NCBI GenBank assembly: GCA_040387815.1
Contig: JAZKDA010000120.1
Span: 21,041-85,040, forward strand
Origin: Pseudomonadota bacterium
Lineage (GTDB): Bacteria; Pseudomonadota; Gammaproteobacteria; Burkholderiales; Burkholderiaceae_C
Length of the DNA: 64,000 bases
Direction: 5' to 3'
Both the position numbers and the translations under genes were made by a program. The notes under the pieces were generated by a model that saw only the letters and a list, made by a program, of their open reading frames with translations, was not told where the DNA came from and ran no database searches. This document shows, one piece after another, positions 27,833 through 37,261 of this stretch (position 1 is the first letter of the stretch; each line of letters starts with the position of its first letter).

Positions 27833-28861
27833 ATGAGCACACAAGTGGCTTCGGCCCCGACCGGCATCACCGGAACCCCTAGCGCCGCGCCGATCTCGCT
27901 CACGCACGCGCTCGTCCTCACCGCCATCTTCCTGGTGGTGGGGATGGCCCTGCCGCGCATGATCGGTTCCGTGCTGCTGATGACCCTGCTGGCGCAGGCG
28001 ACCATCGCCGCCATCCTGTCCATGAGCATCGGCACCCTGCTGCGCCTGAACGGCGTGATCACCTTCGGCCATGCCGCGTTCTACGGCATGGCCGTGTACC
28101 TGGTGGCGCTGCCGGTGAACAACCAGTGGATGCCGGCCGAAGCGGCGATCGTGCTGGCGCTGGTGGTGCCCACCGTGCTGGCCTTCCTGCTGGGCGTGGG
28201 CATCGTCAACATTCCCGGCATCGCGTTCTCCATGCTCACCCTCGCGGTGGGCCAGGCCGCCTACGAATTTGCAATGAAGGCCCGCGAGGTCACCGGCGGC
28301 GAGGACGGCATGACGATCCGGCTGCCCGCCGAGGTGTTCGGGATGTCCTTGGGGGTGTTCCAGAAGCCGCAGAGCATGTTCATGGTCTGCTGGGCCATTC
28401 TCGTGGTGCTGGTACTGGCGCTGTGGCTGCTCACGCGCAGCCGCTTCGGCCGGCTGGTGGAAGCCATCCGCGAGAACGAGGAGCGGGCGCGCTTCATCGG
28501 CTACCGCACCCGCCTGCCGCGGGCCATCATCGTCGGCGTCTCGGGCTTCATCGCGGCGCTGGCCGGGGTGCTGGCGGCGCTGTACAACGGCTTCGCCTCG
28601 CCCGACACGCTGCACTGGTCGCTGTCAGGCTCGGCCCTGATCATGGTCATCATCGGTGGGCCGCGCCTGCTGTGGGGGCCGGCCTTCGGCGCCATCGTGT
28701 TCTTCTTCTTCAAGGACGTCGCAGGCAACTTCACCGAGCACTGGCCTGCGCTGATCGGCCTGACGCTGATCCTGGTCACGGTCCGCATACCCAAGGGCAT
28801 CGGCGGCGTGCTGGCCGACTGGTTGAACCGCCGCCGCGCGGCCAAGGAGACGGTGGAATGA
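27833..28861 (+). CDS. livM: ABC permease (LivM-like)
   Basis: FGHAAFYG, TGGEDG, SRFGR..AIRENE. Confidence 0.92.
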   Translation: MSTQVASAPTGITGTPSAAPISLTHALVLTAIFLVVGMALPRMIGSVLLMTLLAQATIAAILSMSIGTLLRLNGVITFGHAAFYGMAVYLVALPVNNQWMPAEAAIVLALVVPTVLAFLLGVGIVNIPGIAFSMLTLAVGQAAYEFAMKAREVTGGEDGMTIRLPAEVFGMSLGVFQKPQSMFMVCWAILVVLVLALWLLTRSRFGRLVEAIRENEERARFIGYRTRLPRAIIVGVSGFIAALAGVLAALYNGFASPDTLHWSLSGSALIMVIIGGPRLLWGPAFGAIVFFFFKDVAGNFTEHWPALIGLTLILVTVRIPKGIGGVLADWLNRRRAAKETVE

Positions 28862-29598
28862 GCGCCGCGCCAGATTACGCCATCGAAGCGAAAAACATCG
28901 TGCGCCGCTACGGCGGTTTCGCCGCGCTTGGCGGTGTCGACATCGCCGTGCCGCCAGGCGAGATCCGCGGACTGATCGGGCCCAACGGCGCCGGCAAGTC
29001 GACCCTGATCGACGTGCTGTCGGGCCGCAACACCCACTGGAGTGGCAGCGTCCATGTGTTCGGCCAAGACATCGGCCCCATGACCGTGCAACAGCGGCGC
29101 GGCATCGGCCTGGCACGCTCTTTCCAGCGCACCAACATCTTCCCCGGCCTGTCCGTGCGGGAGCAACTGGAGATCGCGGCCCGCTCGGCCGAGGTCCAAA
29201 ACGTCGACGAAGTCTTGCGCGAACTGGGCCTGGCGCACCTGGCGCGCCGCATCGCCGCCGACATCTCCTACGGCGACCAGCGCCGGCTCGACCTGGCCCT
29301 GGCCCTGATCGGCCGGCCGCGCATCCTGCTGCTGGACGAGCCGGCCGCCGGCCTGTCCATGGCCGAGTCGCTGTCGCTGGCCCAGCACCTGAAGGAGCTG
29401 GTGTCGCGCTGGAAGGTCACGGTGCTGCTGGTCGAACACGACATGGAGGTGGTGTTCTCGATCTGCGACCGCATCACCGTGCTGGCCCTGGGCAAGGTGC
29501 TGGCCGAGGGCACACCCGACGAAGTGCGCAACATGCCCGAGGTGGTCACCGCCTACCTGGGCACCAGTGCGATGGAATCGATGGAGGAGCAAACATGA
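28858..29598 (+). CDS. livG: ABC ATP-binding protein (LivG-like)
   Basis: GPNGAGKST, ARSFQ, LLDEPAAG, VEHDM, AYLG. Confidence 0.93.
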   Translation: MSAAPDYAIEAKNIVRRYGGFAALGGVDIAVPPGEIRGLIGPNGAGKSTLIDVLSGRNTHWSGSVHVFGQDIGPMTVQQRRGIGLARSFQRTNIFPGLSVREQLEIAARSAEVQNVDEVLRELGLAHLARRIAADISYGDQRRLDLALALIGRPRILLLDEPAAGLSMAESLSLAQHLKELVSRWKVTVLLVEHDMEVVFSICDRITVLALGKVLAEGTPDEVRNMPEVVTAYLGTSAMESMEEQT

Positions 29599-30302
29599 GC
29601 GATAGCACGCCCCTGCTGCAGCTCAAGGATGTCGAGTCCGGCTATGGCGCCGCCAAGGTGCTGCACGGCGTCAACCTGGCCATCGGCGCCGGCCAGCGCG
29701 TGGCCATCCTGGGCCGCAATGGCGTGGGCAAGACCACGCTGGTCAACACGGTGCTGGGCGTCGCCCGCCTGATGAAGGGCCAGGTGCTCCTGAACGGACG
29801 CGCCGTCGACCCGATCCCGCACCATGCCGCCGCCCGCGCCGGCATCTCGGTGGTGCTGCAGGGCCGGGGCATCGTGCCGACGCTGTCGATCCGCGAGAAC
29901 CTGCAGCTGGGCGCCGCGGTGAGCCGCCGCGGCCACTGGGACCTGCAACGCGTGTTCGAGTTGTTCCCCATTCTCAGCGAGCGCGCCGACACCCCCGGCA
30001 CGGCGCTCTCGGGCGGTCAGCAGCAGATGCTGGCCATCGGCCGCGCGCTGATGGCCAACCCGTCGCTGCTGATCCTGGACGAGCCTAGCGAAGGCCTGGC
30101 CCCGGTCATCGTCGACGAGCTGGCCGGGGTACTGGTGCGCCTTTACGAAGCGGGCACCAGCCTGCTGCTGATCGAGCAGAACTACGGGCTGGTGCGCCGG
30201 GTCGCCACCCATTACCACGTGCTGTCCAAGGGCTCGATCGTGGAGGAAGGCGAGCTCGCCGGCCTGTCCATGGAAAGCCTCAAGCGCCACGTATCCGTGT
30301 AA
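29595..30302 (+). CDS. livF: ABC ATP-binding protein (LivF-like)
   Basis: GRNGVGKTT, LSGGQQQ, LDEPSEGLAP, IEQN. Confidence 0.93.
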   Translation: MSDSTPLLQLKDVESGYGAAKVLHGVNLAIGAGQRVAILGRNGVGKTTLVNTVLGVARLMKGQVLLNGRAVDPIPHHAAARAGISVVLQGRGIVPTLSIRENLQLGAAVSRRGHWDLQRVFELFPILSERADTPGTALSGGQQQMLAIGRALMANPSLLILDEPSEGLAPVIVDELAGVLVRLYEAGTSLLLIEQNYGLVRRVATHYHVLSKGSIVEEGELAGLSMESLKRHVSV

Positions 30303-30340
30303 TTTCAGTTTTCAACCGGCCTACCAAGAAGGAGACAAAC

Positions 30341-31549
30341 GTGAACCGTCCCACCGACACCCTCATCAACCGCCGCACCCTGCTGGCCGCCGCGGGCGGC
30401 ATGGCCGCCTCGCTGGCGATCGCACAGGAAAAAGAGCCGCTGCGCATCGGCGTGCCCACCGCCCTGTCGGGGCCTTATGCCGTGCTGGCCCCCGAGGTGC
30501 GGCGCTCCATCGAATTCGCGGTGGCCGAGGCCATGGCCCGCGGCGGCCCGGACGGCCGCAAGATCGAGGTGCGCTTCCTCGACTCCGAACTCAAGCCCGA
30601 CGTGGCCCGGCGCCAGGCCGAAAAGCTCGCGCTCGATGGCTTCCGGGTCCTCATCGGCACCATCTCCTCTGGCGAGATCCTGGCGATCAGCCCCATGCTC
30701 GAGCGCTGGGACGCGGTGATGGTCAGCACCTTCGCCAAGAACACCAAGATCACCGGCGACACCTGCTCGCCGCGCCTGTTCCGCGCGAACCAGGCCGACC
30801 CGCAAGACCTGGCCGTGATCAAGCCCTGGCTGGCCACCCGCAAGGAAAAGAAGTGGGCCATCCTGTGCTCTGACATGGCCTGGGGCCGCGAGATCGGCAA
30901 GAGCTTCAAGGAAGCCGCGATCGCCGACGGCCGGCAGATCACCGCCGAAAACTACCCCGCACTGGGCACCAACGACTTCGCGCCCTTCATCCAGCAGATC
31001 AAGAGCGGGACGCCCGAGGGGATGTTCGTGGCCATGACCGGCCGCGACGCGATCAACCTGCTGAACCAGGCCAAGCAGTTCGGCCTGAGCGACACCGTGC
31101 AGATCGCCGGGGTGAGCATCAACCTCGACTCCAACCTGCGCGCGGTGGGCGCGGTGGCCAAGGGCATCTGGGGCAACATGAACTACAGCCCCTCGATCGA
31201 CACGCCGGAAAACAAGCGCTTTGTCGAAGCCTGGAAAAAGCACTACAACGGCGACGAACCGACCGACCTCGAGGGCGAAAACTACGTCGGCATGCAGGCC
31301 ATCATCCAGGCCGTGGAGCGCGCCAAGAGCGTCAAGCCGGCTGACCTGGCCAAGGTCATGCACGGCGGCACCTTCGACACCGTGTTCGGCAAGGCGACGA
31401 TCCGCGCCGAAGACCACCAGATGCTGCTGCCCAACTATTTCGGCCAGGTGCAGGAGCGTGGCGGCAAGATGCGCAACACCGTGGTCTTCACCCTGCCGGC
31501 TGACAAGGCCAACCCGCCGGCCGATCCGGCCTGCAAGCTCAAGATGTGA
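30341..31549 (+). CDS. ABC substrate-binding protein (type I periplasmic)
   Basis: Twin-arginine-like signal NRRTLL, LSGPYA, IRAEDHQ. Confidence 0.92.
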   Translation: MNRPTDTLINRRTLLAAAGGMAASLAIAQEKEPLRIGVPTALSGPYAVLAPEVRRSIEFAVAEAMARGGPDGRKIEVRFLDSELKPDVARRQAEKLALDGFRVLIGTISSGEILAISPMLERWDAVMVSTFAKNTKITGDTCSPRLFRANQADPQDLAVIKPWLATRKEKKWAILCSDMAWGREIGKSFKEAAIADGRQITAENYPALGTNDFAPFIQQIKSGTPEGMFVAMTGRDAINLLNQAKQFGLSDTVQIAGVSINLDSNLRAVGAVAKGIWGNMNYSPSIDTPENKRFVEAWKKHYNGDEPTDLEGENYVGMQAIIQAVERAKSVKPADLAKVMHGGTFDTVFGKATIRAEDHQMLLPNYFGQVQERGGKMRNTVVFTLPADKANPPADPACKLKM

Positions 31550-31583
31550 GCCCTGCCAGGAGGCGATCCTGGGGAAAGCCGGG

Positions 31584-31612
31584 TTGACGAAATTCATACG
31601 CTGGTGTACGGT
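31584..31612 (+). promoter_or_regulatory. Sigma70 promoter TTGACG-N17-TACGGT with operator ATACGCTGGTGTAC (31596-31609)
   Basis: Same geometry as the promoter at 26079. Confidence 0.75.
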
Positions 31613-31677
31613 CATAGAGCCTTACCAATAGATTCAACCCATGGCGACCGGATCGCCTTTTTATTCAGGAGACCACG

Positions 31678-32952
31678 ATGGACTTCAACCTCCCCGAGGA
31701 AATCACGGCCAAGCTGGCCGAGCTCGACGCCTTCATCGAGAAGGAGATCAAGCCGCTGCAACAGCAGGACGACAACAACCGCTTTTTCGACCACCGGCGC
31801 GAGAATGCCCGCACCGACTGGGAAAACGACGGCCGGCCACGCGCCGACTGGCGCGCCGTCATCGAGGAAATGGAGCGCCGCGCTGACAAGGCCGGCCACC
31901 TGCGCCTGGGCCTGCCCAAGAACTGCGGCGGCGGCGGCGCTTCCAACCTCATGACCGCCGCGATCCGAGAGCACCTGGCGGCCAAGGGGCTGGGCCTGCA
32001 CAACGACCTGCAGGACGAGTCATCCATCGTCGGCAATTTCCCCATCGTTCCGGTGATCGCCACCTACGGCTCACCCGAACAGCAAAAGTATGTCGAGGGC
32101 ATCATCACCGGCAAGTGCCACCTGGCTTTCGGCCTGACCGAGCCCGGCCACGGCAGCGACGCCACTTGGCTGGACACCCAGGCTGTGCGCGCCACGGACG
32201 GCTCGGGCGACTGGATCATCAACGGCATGAAGCGCTGGAACAGCCAGGTCGCGCGGGCCGAGGCCAACCTGGTCTTTGCTCGCACCTCGGGCAAGGACGG
32301 CGACGCCACCGGCATCACCGCCTTCATCGTGCCCACCAACGCCGAGGGTCACAAGATCCTCTACAACCACTGGACGTTCAACATGCCCAGTGACCACGCC
32401 GAGACCGAGCTCAAGAACGTACGCGTGCCCAACAGCGCCATCCTGTACAAGGAAGGCGAAGGGCTGATGGTGGCCCAGCGCTTCGTGCATGAGAACCGCA
32501 TCCGCCAGGCCGCCGCCAGCGCCGGCGCCGCGCGCTTTTGCATCACCGAGGCGGCCAAATATGCCAAGTCGCGCATCGCTTTCGGCGAGCCGCTGTCCAA
32601 GAAGCAGGCCATCCAGTTCCCGCTGGCCGAGCTGTATGCCGAGTGCGAGATGATCCGCAACTACATCTTCCGCACCGCCTGGGAGATGGACCGCCGCGAC
32701 CCGCTGGAGATCAGCGACATGGTGTCGATCTGCAACTTCCGCGCGAACCGCCTGGTGTGCGAGGCCGCCGACCGTGCCATGCAGATCCACGGCGGCGTCG
32801 GCTACAGCCGCCACAAGCCCTTCGAGCACATCTACCGCCACCACCGCCGCTATCGGATCACCGAGGGATCGGAAGAGGTCCAGATCCGCCGCGTCAGCCA
32901 GTACCTGTTCGGCTTTGGCGGAAAGAAGGCGAACACGACCGCGGCGACATGA
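31678..32952 (+). CDS. Acyl-CoA dehydrogenase family protein
   Basis: GLTEPGHGSD, INGMK, RIAFG, QIHGGVG, RITEGSEE. Confidence 0.95.
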   Translation: MDFNLPEEITAKLAELDAFIEKEIKPLQQQDDNNRFFDHRRENARTDWENDGRPRADWRAVIEEMERRADKAGHLRLGLPKNCGGGGASNLMTAAIREHLAAKGLGLHNDLQDESSIVGNFPIVPVIATYGSPEQQKYVEGIITGKCHLAFGLTEPGHGSDATWLDTQAVRATDGSGDWIINGMKRWNSQVARAEANLVFARTSGKDGDATGITAFIVPTNAEGHKILYNHWTFNMPSDHAETELKNVRVPNSAILYKEGEGLMVAQRFVHENRIRQAAASAGAARFCITEAAKYAKSRIAFGEPLSKKQAIQFPLAELYAECEMIRNYIFRTAWEMDRRDPLEISDMVSICNFRANRLVCEAADRAMQIHGGVGYSRHKPFEHIYRHHRRYRITEGSEEVQIRRVSQYLFGFGGKKANTTAAT

Positions 32953-33067
32953 GCGCAGTGCCGAGCCGCCTCAAGCAAGCTCGCGCCCCCTCGGGGGGCA
33001 GCGAGGACACGCAGTGCCGAGCGTGGGGGCTCACATGAGCGCAGCGCCGAGCGTGGGGGCCACATGA
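32949..33067 (+). repeat. Intergenic repeat element forming two ATGA-coupled mini-ORFs
   Basis: ACATGAGC occurs three times; GCAGYGCCGAGCGTGGGGGC is duplicated; CCCCCTCGGGGG hairpin. Confidence 0.75.
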
Positions 33068-34125
33068 GCCAAGTGAGCGTTGACGAATCCGGGCGCGAGA
33101 TCGACTTTGACGTCGCCCGGCTCGAAAACTACCTGCGCGGCCTGCCCGACACCGGGTCGGGCGCGCTGCAGGTGCGCCGCACCGAGGGCGGCATGTCCAA
33201 CCCGACCTACTTCCTGCGGCGGGGCGACTGGCAGGCCGTGCTGCGCAAGCAGCCGGCCGGCGTGCTGGCCCCCTCGGCACACGCCATCGACCGCGAATGG
33301 CGCGTACTCAGCACGCTGCAGGGTACCGATGTGCCAGTGCCGCGGGCACTGCACTACTGCCATGACCGCGAGGTCGTGGGCACGCCGTTCTACCTGATGG
33401 AGTGGCTGCAAGGCCGTGTCTTCCTCGAGTACGCGCTGCCTGGCATGAGCCCGCGGGAACGCGGCGCCATCTACGAAGCGATGGTGGCCACCATGGCCGC
33501 CATTCACCGCCTGGACATCCAGGCGCTGGGCCTGTCCGATTACGGGCGCCCCGGCAACTACTTTGCCCGCCAGCTCAAGCGCTGGTCCGAGCAGTGGTTC
33601 AAGTTCCGCAAGGGTGACGAGGACAACCCGGCGCTCGACCGGGTGGTCGCGTGGTTGTCCCAGCGTGTGCCCGAGAGCGAACTGCAGGCCCTGTGCCATG
33701 GCGATCTGCGCATCGGCAATCTGATGTTCCACCCGACCGAGCCGCGCGTGATCGGCGTGCTCGACTGGGAGCTGTCGACCCTGGGTCATCCGCTGGTCGA
33801 CGTGGCGTTCAACACCCAGGCCTGGCGCATGGGGCCCGACGAGAACGGCGGCCTCGAAGGCGCGCCCCTGGCCGAGCTGGGGATTCCCGACGAGGCCAGC
33901 TATCTGGAGCGCTATTACCAGCTGGCCGGCTCCACCGAACGCATGACCACCTTCCACCAGGTGTTCGCGATGTTCCGCGGCGCCGTCGGCAGTGCCGGCG
34001 TGGCTGCGCGCGGCGAGGCCGGCAACGGCTTTCTGCCCGACGCCGCCCGCATCGGCCGCAAGCTGGCCCTGGCCTATGCCGGGCGCGGCCTGGAATTGAT
34101 CCGCGAGCGCGGCGAGGACACATGA
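33064..34125 (+). CDS. APH-family phosphotransferase (ACAD10/11 N-terminal-like kinase)
   Basis: GGMSNPTY, LRKQP..PSAHAIDRE, GTPFYLME, HGDLRIGN, LDWELSTLGHPL. Confidence 0.92.
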   Translation: MSQVSVDESGREIDFDVARLENYLRGLPDTGSGALQVRRTEGGMSNPTYFLRRGDWQAVLRKQPAGVLAPSAHAIDREWRVLSTLQGTDVPVPRALHYCHDREVVGTPFYLMEWLQGRVFLEYALPGMSPRERGAIYEAMVATMAAIHRLDIQALGLSDYGRPGNYFARQLKRWSEQWFKFRKGDEDNPALDRVVAWLSQRVPESELQALCHGDLRIGNLMFHPTEPRVIGVLDWELSTLGHPLVDVAFNTQAWRMGPDENGGLEGAPLAELGIPDEASYLERYYQLAGSTERMTTFHQVFAMFRGAVGSAGVAARGEAGNGFLPDAARIGRKLALAYAGRGLELIRERGEDT

Positions 34126-34787
34126 TGACCCTGGACGAGGCCATCCGCACGCGCCGATCGGTGCGCGGGTTTCTGCCCCGCGAGGTGCCCGAACCGCTGC
34201 TGAGCGAAATGTTCGAGCTGGCCCAGTGGACGCCGTCCAACTGCAACATCCAGCCTTGGGTGCCGCATGTGGTGTCCGGCCCTGCGCTGCGCGCGTTGGC
34301 AGGTGAGATGGGCGCCGCGGCCGAGGCCGACCAGCCCTACGACCCCGACTGGCCGGCCGACGGCAAATACCAGGGCGTCTACCGCGACCGCCAGCATGAC
34401 GCCGCCGCGCGCCTGTACGGCGCCATGGGCGTGGAGCGGCGCGACCTGGTTGCGCGGCGTGCCGCCTACATCCGCAACCTTCGATGCTTCGATGCGCCCC
34501 ATGCGGTGTTCATCTTCATGCGCCAGCCCTTCGACGCACGCGAGATGACCGATGTTGGCATGTATGCGCAGACGCTCATGCTGGTGATGACCTCGCGCGG
34601 GGTCGCCTCCTGCGCGCAAGGGGCCTTGGGGCTGTACACCGGTATCGTGCGTCGTCACCTCGGGCTGTCCGAAGACCACCGCCTGATGTTTGGCATCTCC
34701 TTCGGCTACGAGGACACCACGGTGGCGGCCAACAAGGCTCGCACCGTCCGTGCCTCGCTGGACGAAGCCGTGATGTTCCATCGCTGA
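34122..34787 (+). CDS. Nitroreductase family protein
   Basis: RRSVRGF, PSNCNIQPW, FDAPH, DVGMYAQTLML, ISFGY. Confidence 0.92.
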   Translation: MMTLDEAIRTRRSVRGFLPREVPEPLLSEMFELAQWTPSNCNIQPWVPHVVSGPALRALAGEMGAAAEADQPYDPDWPADGKYQGVYRDRQHDAAARLYGAMGVERRDLVARRAAYIRNLRCFDAPHAVFIFMRQPFDAREMTDVGMYAQTLMLVMTSRGVASCAQGALGLYTGIVRRHLGLSEDHRLMFGISFGYEDTTVAANKARTVRASLDEAVMFHR

Positions 34788-34803
34788 CGGGCAGGTCCGC
34801 GAC

Positions 34804-36033
34804 GTGGACGAGATCGCCGTCATCGGCCCCGGCCTGATGGGCCGCGGCATCGCCCTGGTCTGCGCGACCGCCGGCCTGAGGGTCTGGCTGCTCGGGCGCG
34901 ACGCTGCCTCTGCAAGCGCCGGGCGCGAGCGATTGGCACAGGCGCTGGCACGGCAGGTCGAACGCGGCAAGCTCGAGGGCGCCCAGGCCGATGCGCTGAT
35001 GATGCGCATCGAGGCCGCCCCTGACGACAGCTGCCTGGCGCGTTGCGGCGCCGCGATCGAATCGGCCCCGGAAGACCGACCGCTCAAGGAGGCCGTGTTG
35101 CAGCGCCTGCAAGCCGGACTGCCGCCCGGCGCCTGGATCGCCACCAACACCTCGGGCCTGCCCGTCACCGGGCTCGCCGCCGCGCTGGCCGATCCGGCGC
35201 GCTTCATCGGCCTGCACTTCTTCTCGCCGGTCGATCGCATGAAGCTGGTGGAGGTGGTGCGCGGCCAAGCCACGTCCGCCGCCACCCTGGCGTCGGCGCT
35301 GGCACTGCTGAGCCGGTTGGGTCAAGTCCCGGTGGTGGTGCGCGACGGCCCGGGCTTTTTTACCTCGCGCGTGTTCGCAGCCTACCTCGACGAGGCGATC
35401 GCGATGGTGGGCGAAGGCGTCGATCCGGTGCGTGTCGATGCGGCCGGGCTTCGCCTGGGCCGCGCCATTGGCCCGCTGGCGCTGCTGGACGACATCGGCC
35501 TGTCGCTCAATCTGCAGCAGGCTCGGCAGGCGCGCGCCGACGGCCTGCCACCCGAGCGCTGCCGACTTCTGGCCGAGCCGGTGTTGGCAGCCCTGGTCGG
35601 CGCCGGCCGCCGCGGCCGGCGTGACGGCGGCGGCTTCTATGACATGGCCGATGACGGCGGCCGCAGGCCCTGGGCCGGGTTGGGCTTGCTCTTTCCACCG
35701 AACGCGCAGTCCCCCGACGACGACACCCTGGCCCTGCGTCTTCGCTGCTCTGAGGCGCTGGAAGCCCTGCGCTGCCTGGAACAGGGCGTGGTGCAAAGCG
35801 CCGACGACGCCGACACTGCATCCCTGCTCGGCCTGGGTTTCCCCCGCGCCCAGGGCGGCATCCTGCGCTGGTGCGAGCAGCATGGCCTGGCGCAGCTTGT
35901 CGCCGACGCGCAGCAACTGGCGCGCACCCACGGTACACGCTTCGAAACTGGTTCCTGGCTGCGCGAGCGCGCCGCCGATCCGCGAGGGCTCACGCCCTGG
36001 CGGCAAGTCCCCAACGAAAGGAAATCCTCATGA
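34804..36033 (+). CDS. 3-hydroxyacyl-CoA dehydrogenase (FadJ/FadB C-terminal half)
   Basis: GPGLMGRGIA, IESAPED, TNTS, GLHFFSPV..MKLVE, PGFFTSR, GLGFP. Confidence 0.9.
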   Translation: MDEIAVIGPGLMGRGIALVCATAGLRVWLLGRDAASASAGRERLAQALARQVERGKLEGAQADALMMRIEAAPDDSCLARCGAAIESAPEDRPLKEAVLQRLQAGLPPGAWIATNTSGLPVTGLAAALADPARFIGLHFFSPVDRMKLVEVVRGQATSAATLASALALLSRLGQVPVVVRDGPGFFTSRVFAAYLDEAIAMVGEGVDPVRVDAAGLRLGRAIGPLALLDDIGLSLNLQQARQARADGLPPERCRLLAEPVLAALVGAGRRGRRDGGGFYDMADDGGRRPWAGLGLLFPPNAQSPDDDTLALRLRCSEALEALRCLEQGVVQSADDADTASLLGLGFPRAQGGILRWCEQHGLAQLVADAQQLARTHGTRFETGSWLRERAADPRGLTPWRQVPNERKSS

Positions 36034-37136
36034 CCGGACCCCTCCAAGGCATTCGCATCGTCGAACTCGCGGGCCTGGGCCCCACGCCCTTTGCCGGCGG
36101 CCTGCTGGCCGATCTCGGCGCCGACGTGGTGCGGGTGGACCGCCTACCCAAAGCCGGCCAGGAACCCGACCGGTCCGCCCGCTTCGATTTCTACAACCGC
36201 AACAAGCGCTCGGTGGCCTTCGACCTCAAGCAGGCGGCCGACAAGGACGCCGTGCTGGCGCTGGTGCGCAAGGCCGACGTGCTGATGGAGGGCTTTCGCC
36301 CCGGCGTCACCGAACGCCTGGGCCTGGGTCCGGACGCTTGCATGGCGGTCAACCCACGCCTGGTGTACGGGCGCATGACCGGTTGGGGCCAGGAGGGCCC
36401 GATGGCCATGGAGGCCGGGCACGACATCAACTACCTGGCCCTGACCGGCGCGCTGCACAGCATGGGCGCGGCCGCCGAGCCGCCCCCTCCGCCCCTGAAC
36501 CTGGTGGCTGACCTGGGCGGCGGCGGCATGTACCTGGCCCTGGGGGTGCTGGCGGCTGTGCTGTCGGCACGTACGACGGGCAAGGGGCAGGTGCTCGACG
36601 TGGCCATGGTCGACGGCGTGGCCCATCTGATGTCGGCCTTTCAGGCCTTCCGCCAGCAGGGCACCTGGACGGCCAAGCGCGGCGACAACATCGTCGACGG
36701 CGGTGCCCACTTCTACCGTACCTACCAAGCCCGGGACGGCCACTACATCGCCGTGGGCGCCATCGAGCCGCAGTTCTATGCCGCGCTGCTGTCGGTGATG
36801 GGCCTGGACGCCGCCAGCCTTCCGTCGCAAAACGACCGCGGCACCTGGCCAGCAATGCGCGAGCGCTTCGCCACCATTTTTCGCACCCGCACCCGCCAGG
36901 AATGGGTGGACGCCGCAGCCGGCCGCGACGCCTGCCTGTCGCCGGTGCTGTCGATCGACGAGGCCTGGGAACATCCGCATATGGTGCAGCGCAATACGTT
37001 CACCCGCTTTGACGGGCTGCTGCATCCCTCGCCGGCGCCGCGCCTGTCGGCAACGCCGGGTTCGCTGCGCAATGGCACGCCGCAGCCGGGTCAGCACCAG
37101 CAGGAAGTCCTGCGCGACTGGGGCATCAGCACCTGA
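36030..37136 (+). CDS. mcr: Alpha-methylacyl-CoA racemase-like family III CoA-transferase
   Basis: AGLGP, NRNKRS, EGFRPGV, RMTGWGQ, GHDINY, NLVADLGGG, GAIEPQFY. Confidence 0.85.
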   Translation: MTGPLQGIRIVELAGLGPTPFAGGLLADLGADVVRVDRLPKAGQEPDRSARFDFYNRNKRSVAFDLKQAADKDAVLALVRKADVLMEGFRPGVTERLGLGPDACMAVNPRLVYGRMTGWGQEGPMAMEAGHDINYLALTGALHSMGAAAEPPPPPLNLVADLGGGGMYLALGVLAAVLSARTTGKGQVLDVAMVDGVAHLMSAFQAFRQQGTWTAKRGDNIVDGGAHFYRTYQARDGHYIAVGAIEPQFYAALLSVMGLDAASLPSQNDRGTWPAMRERFATIFRTRTRQEWVDAAAGRDACLSPVLSIDEAWEHPHMVQRNTFTRFDGLLHPSPAPRLSATPGSLRNGTPQPGQHQQEVLRDWGIST

Positions 37137-37196
37137 AGAGGTTGGCGGTCATCAGGAGAATCCCGGGGGTTCTCCTTGAAAATACCTATGTAGATC

Positions 37197-37210
37197 GTAC
37201 GCTAGTGTAA
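37197..37210. promoter_or_regulatory. GTAC-N6-GTAC operator variant (GTACGCTAGTGTAA)
   Basis: ~50 bp upstream of aliB; overlaps candidate promoter TTGAAA-N16-TACGCT. Confidence 0.75.
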
Positions 37211-37261
37211 GTTATCATCGCCCCCACGAGGCGTACGATCACGCGCCGAACCGGAGAGACC

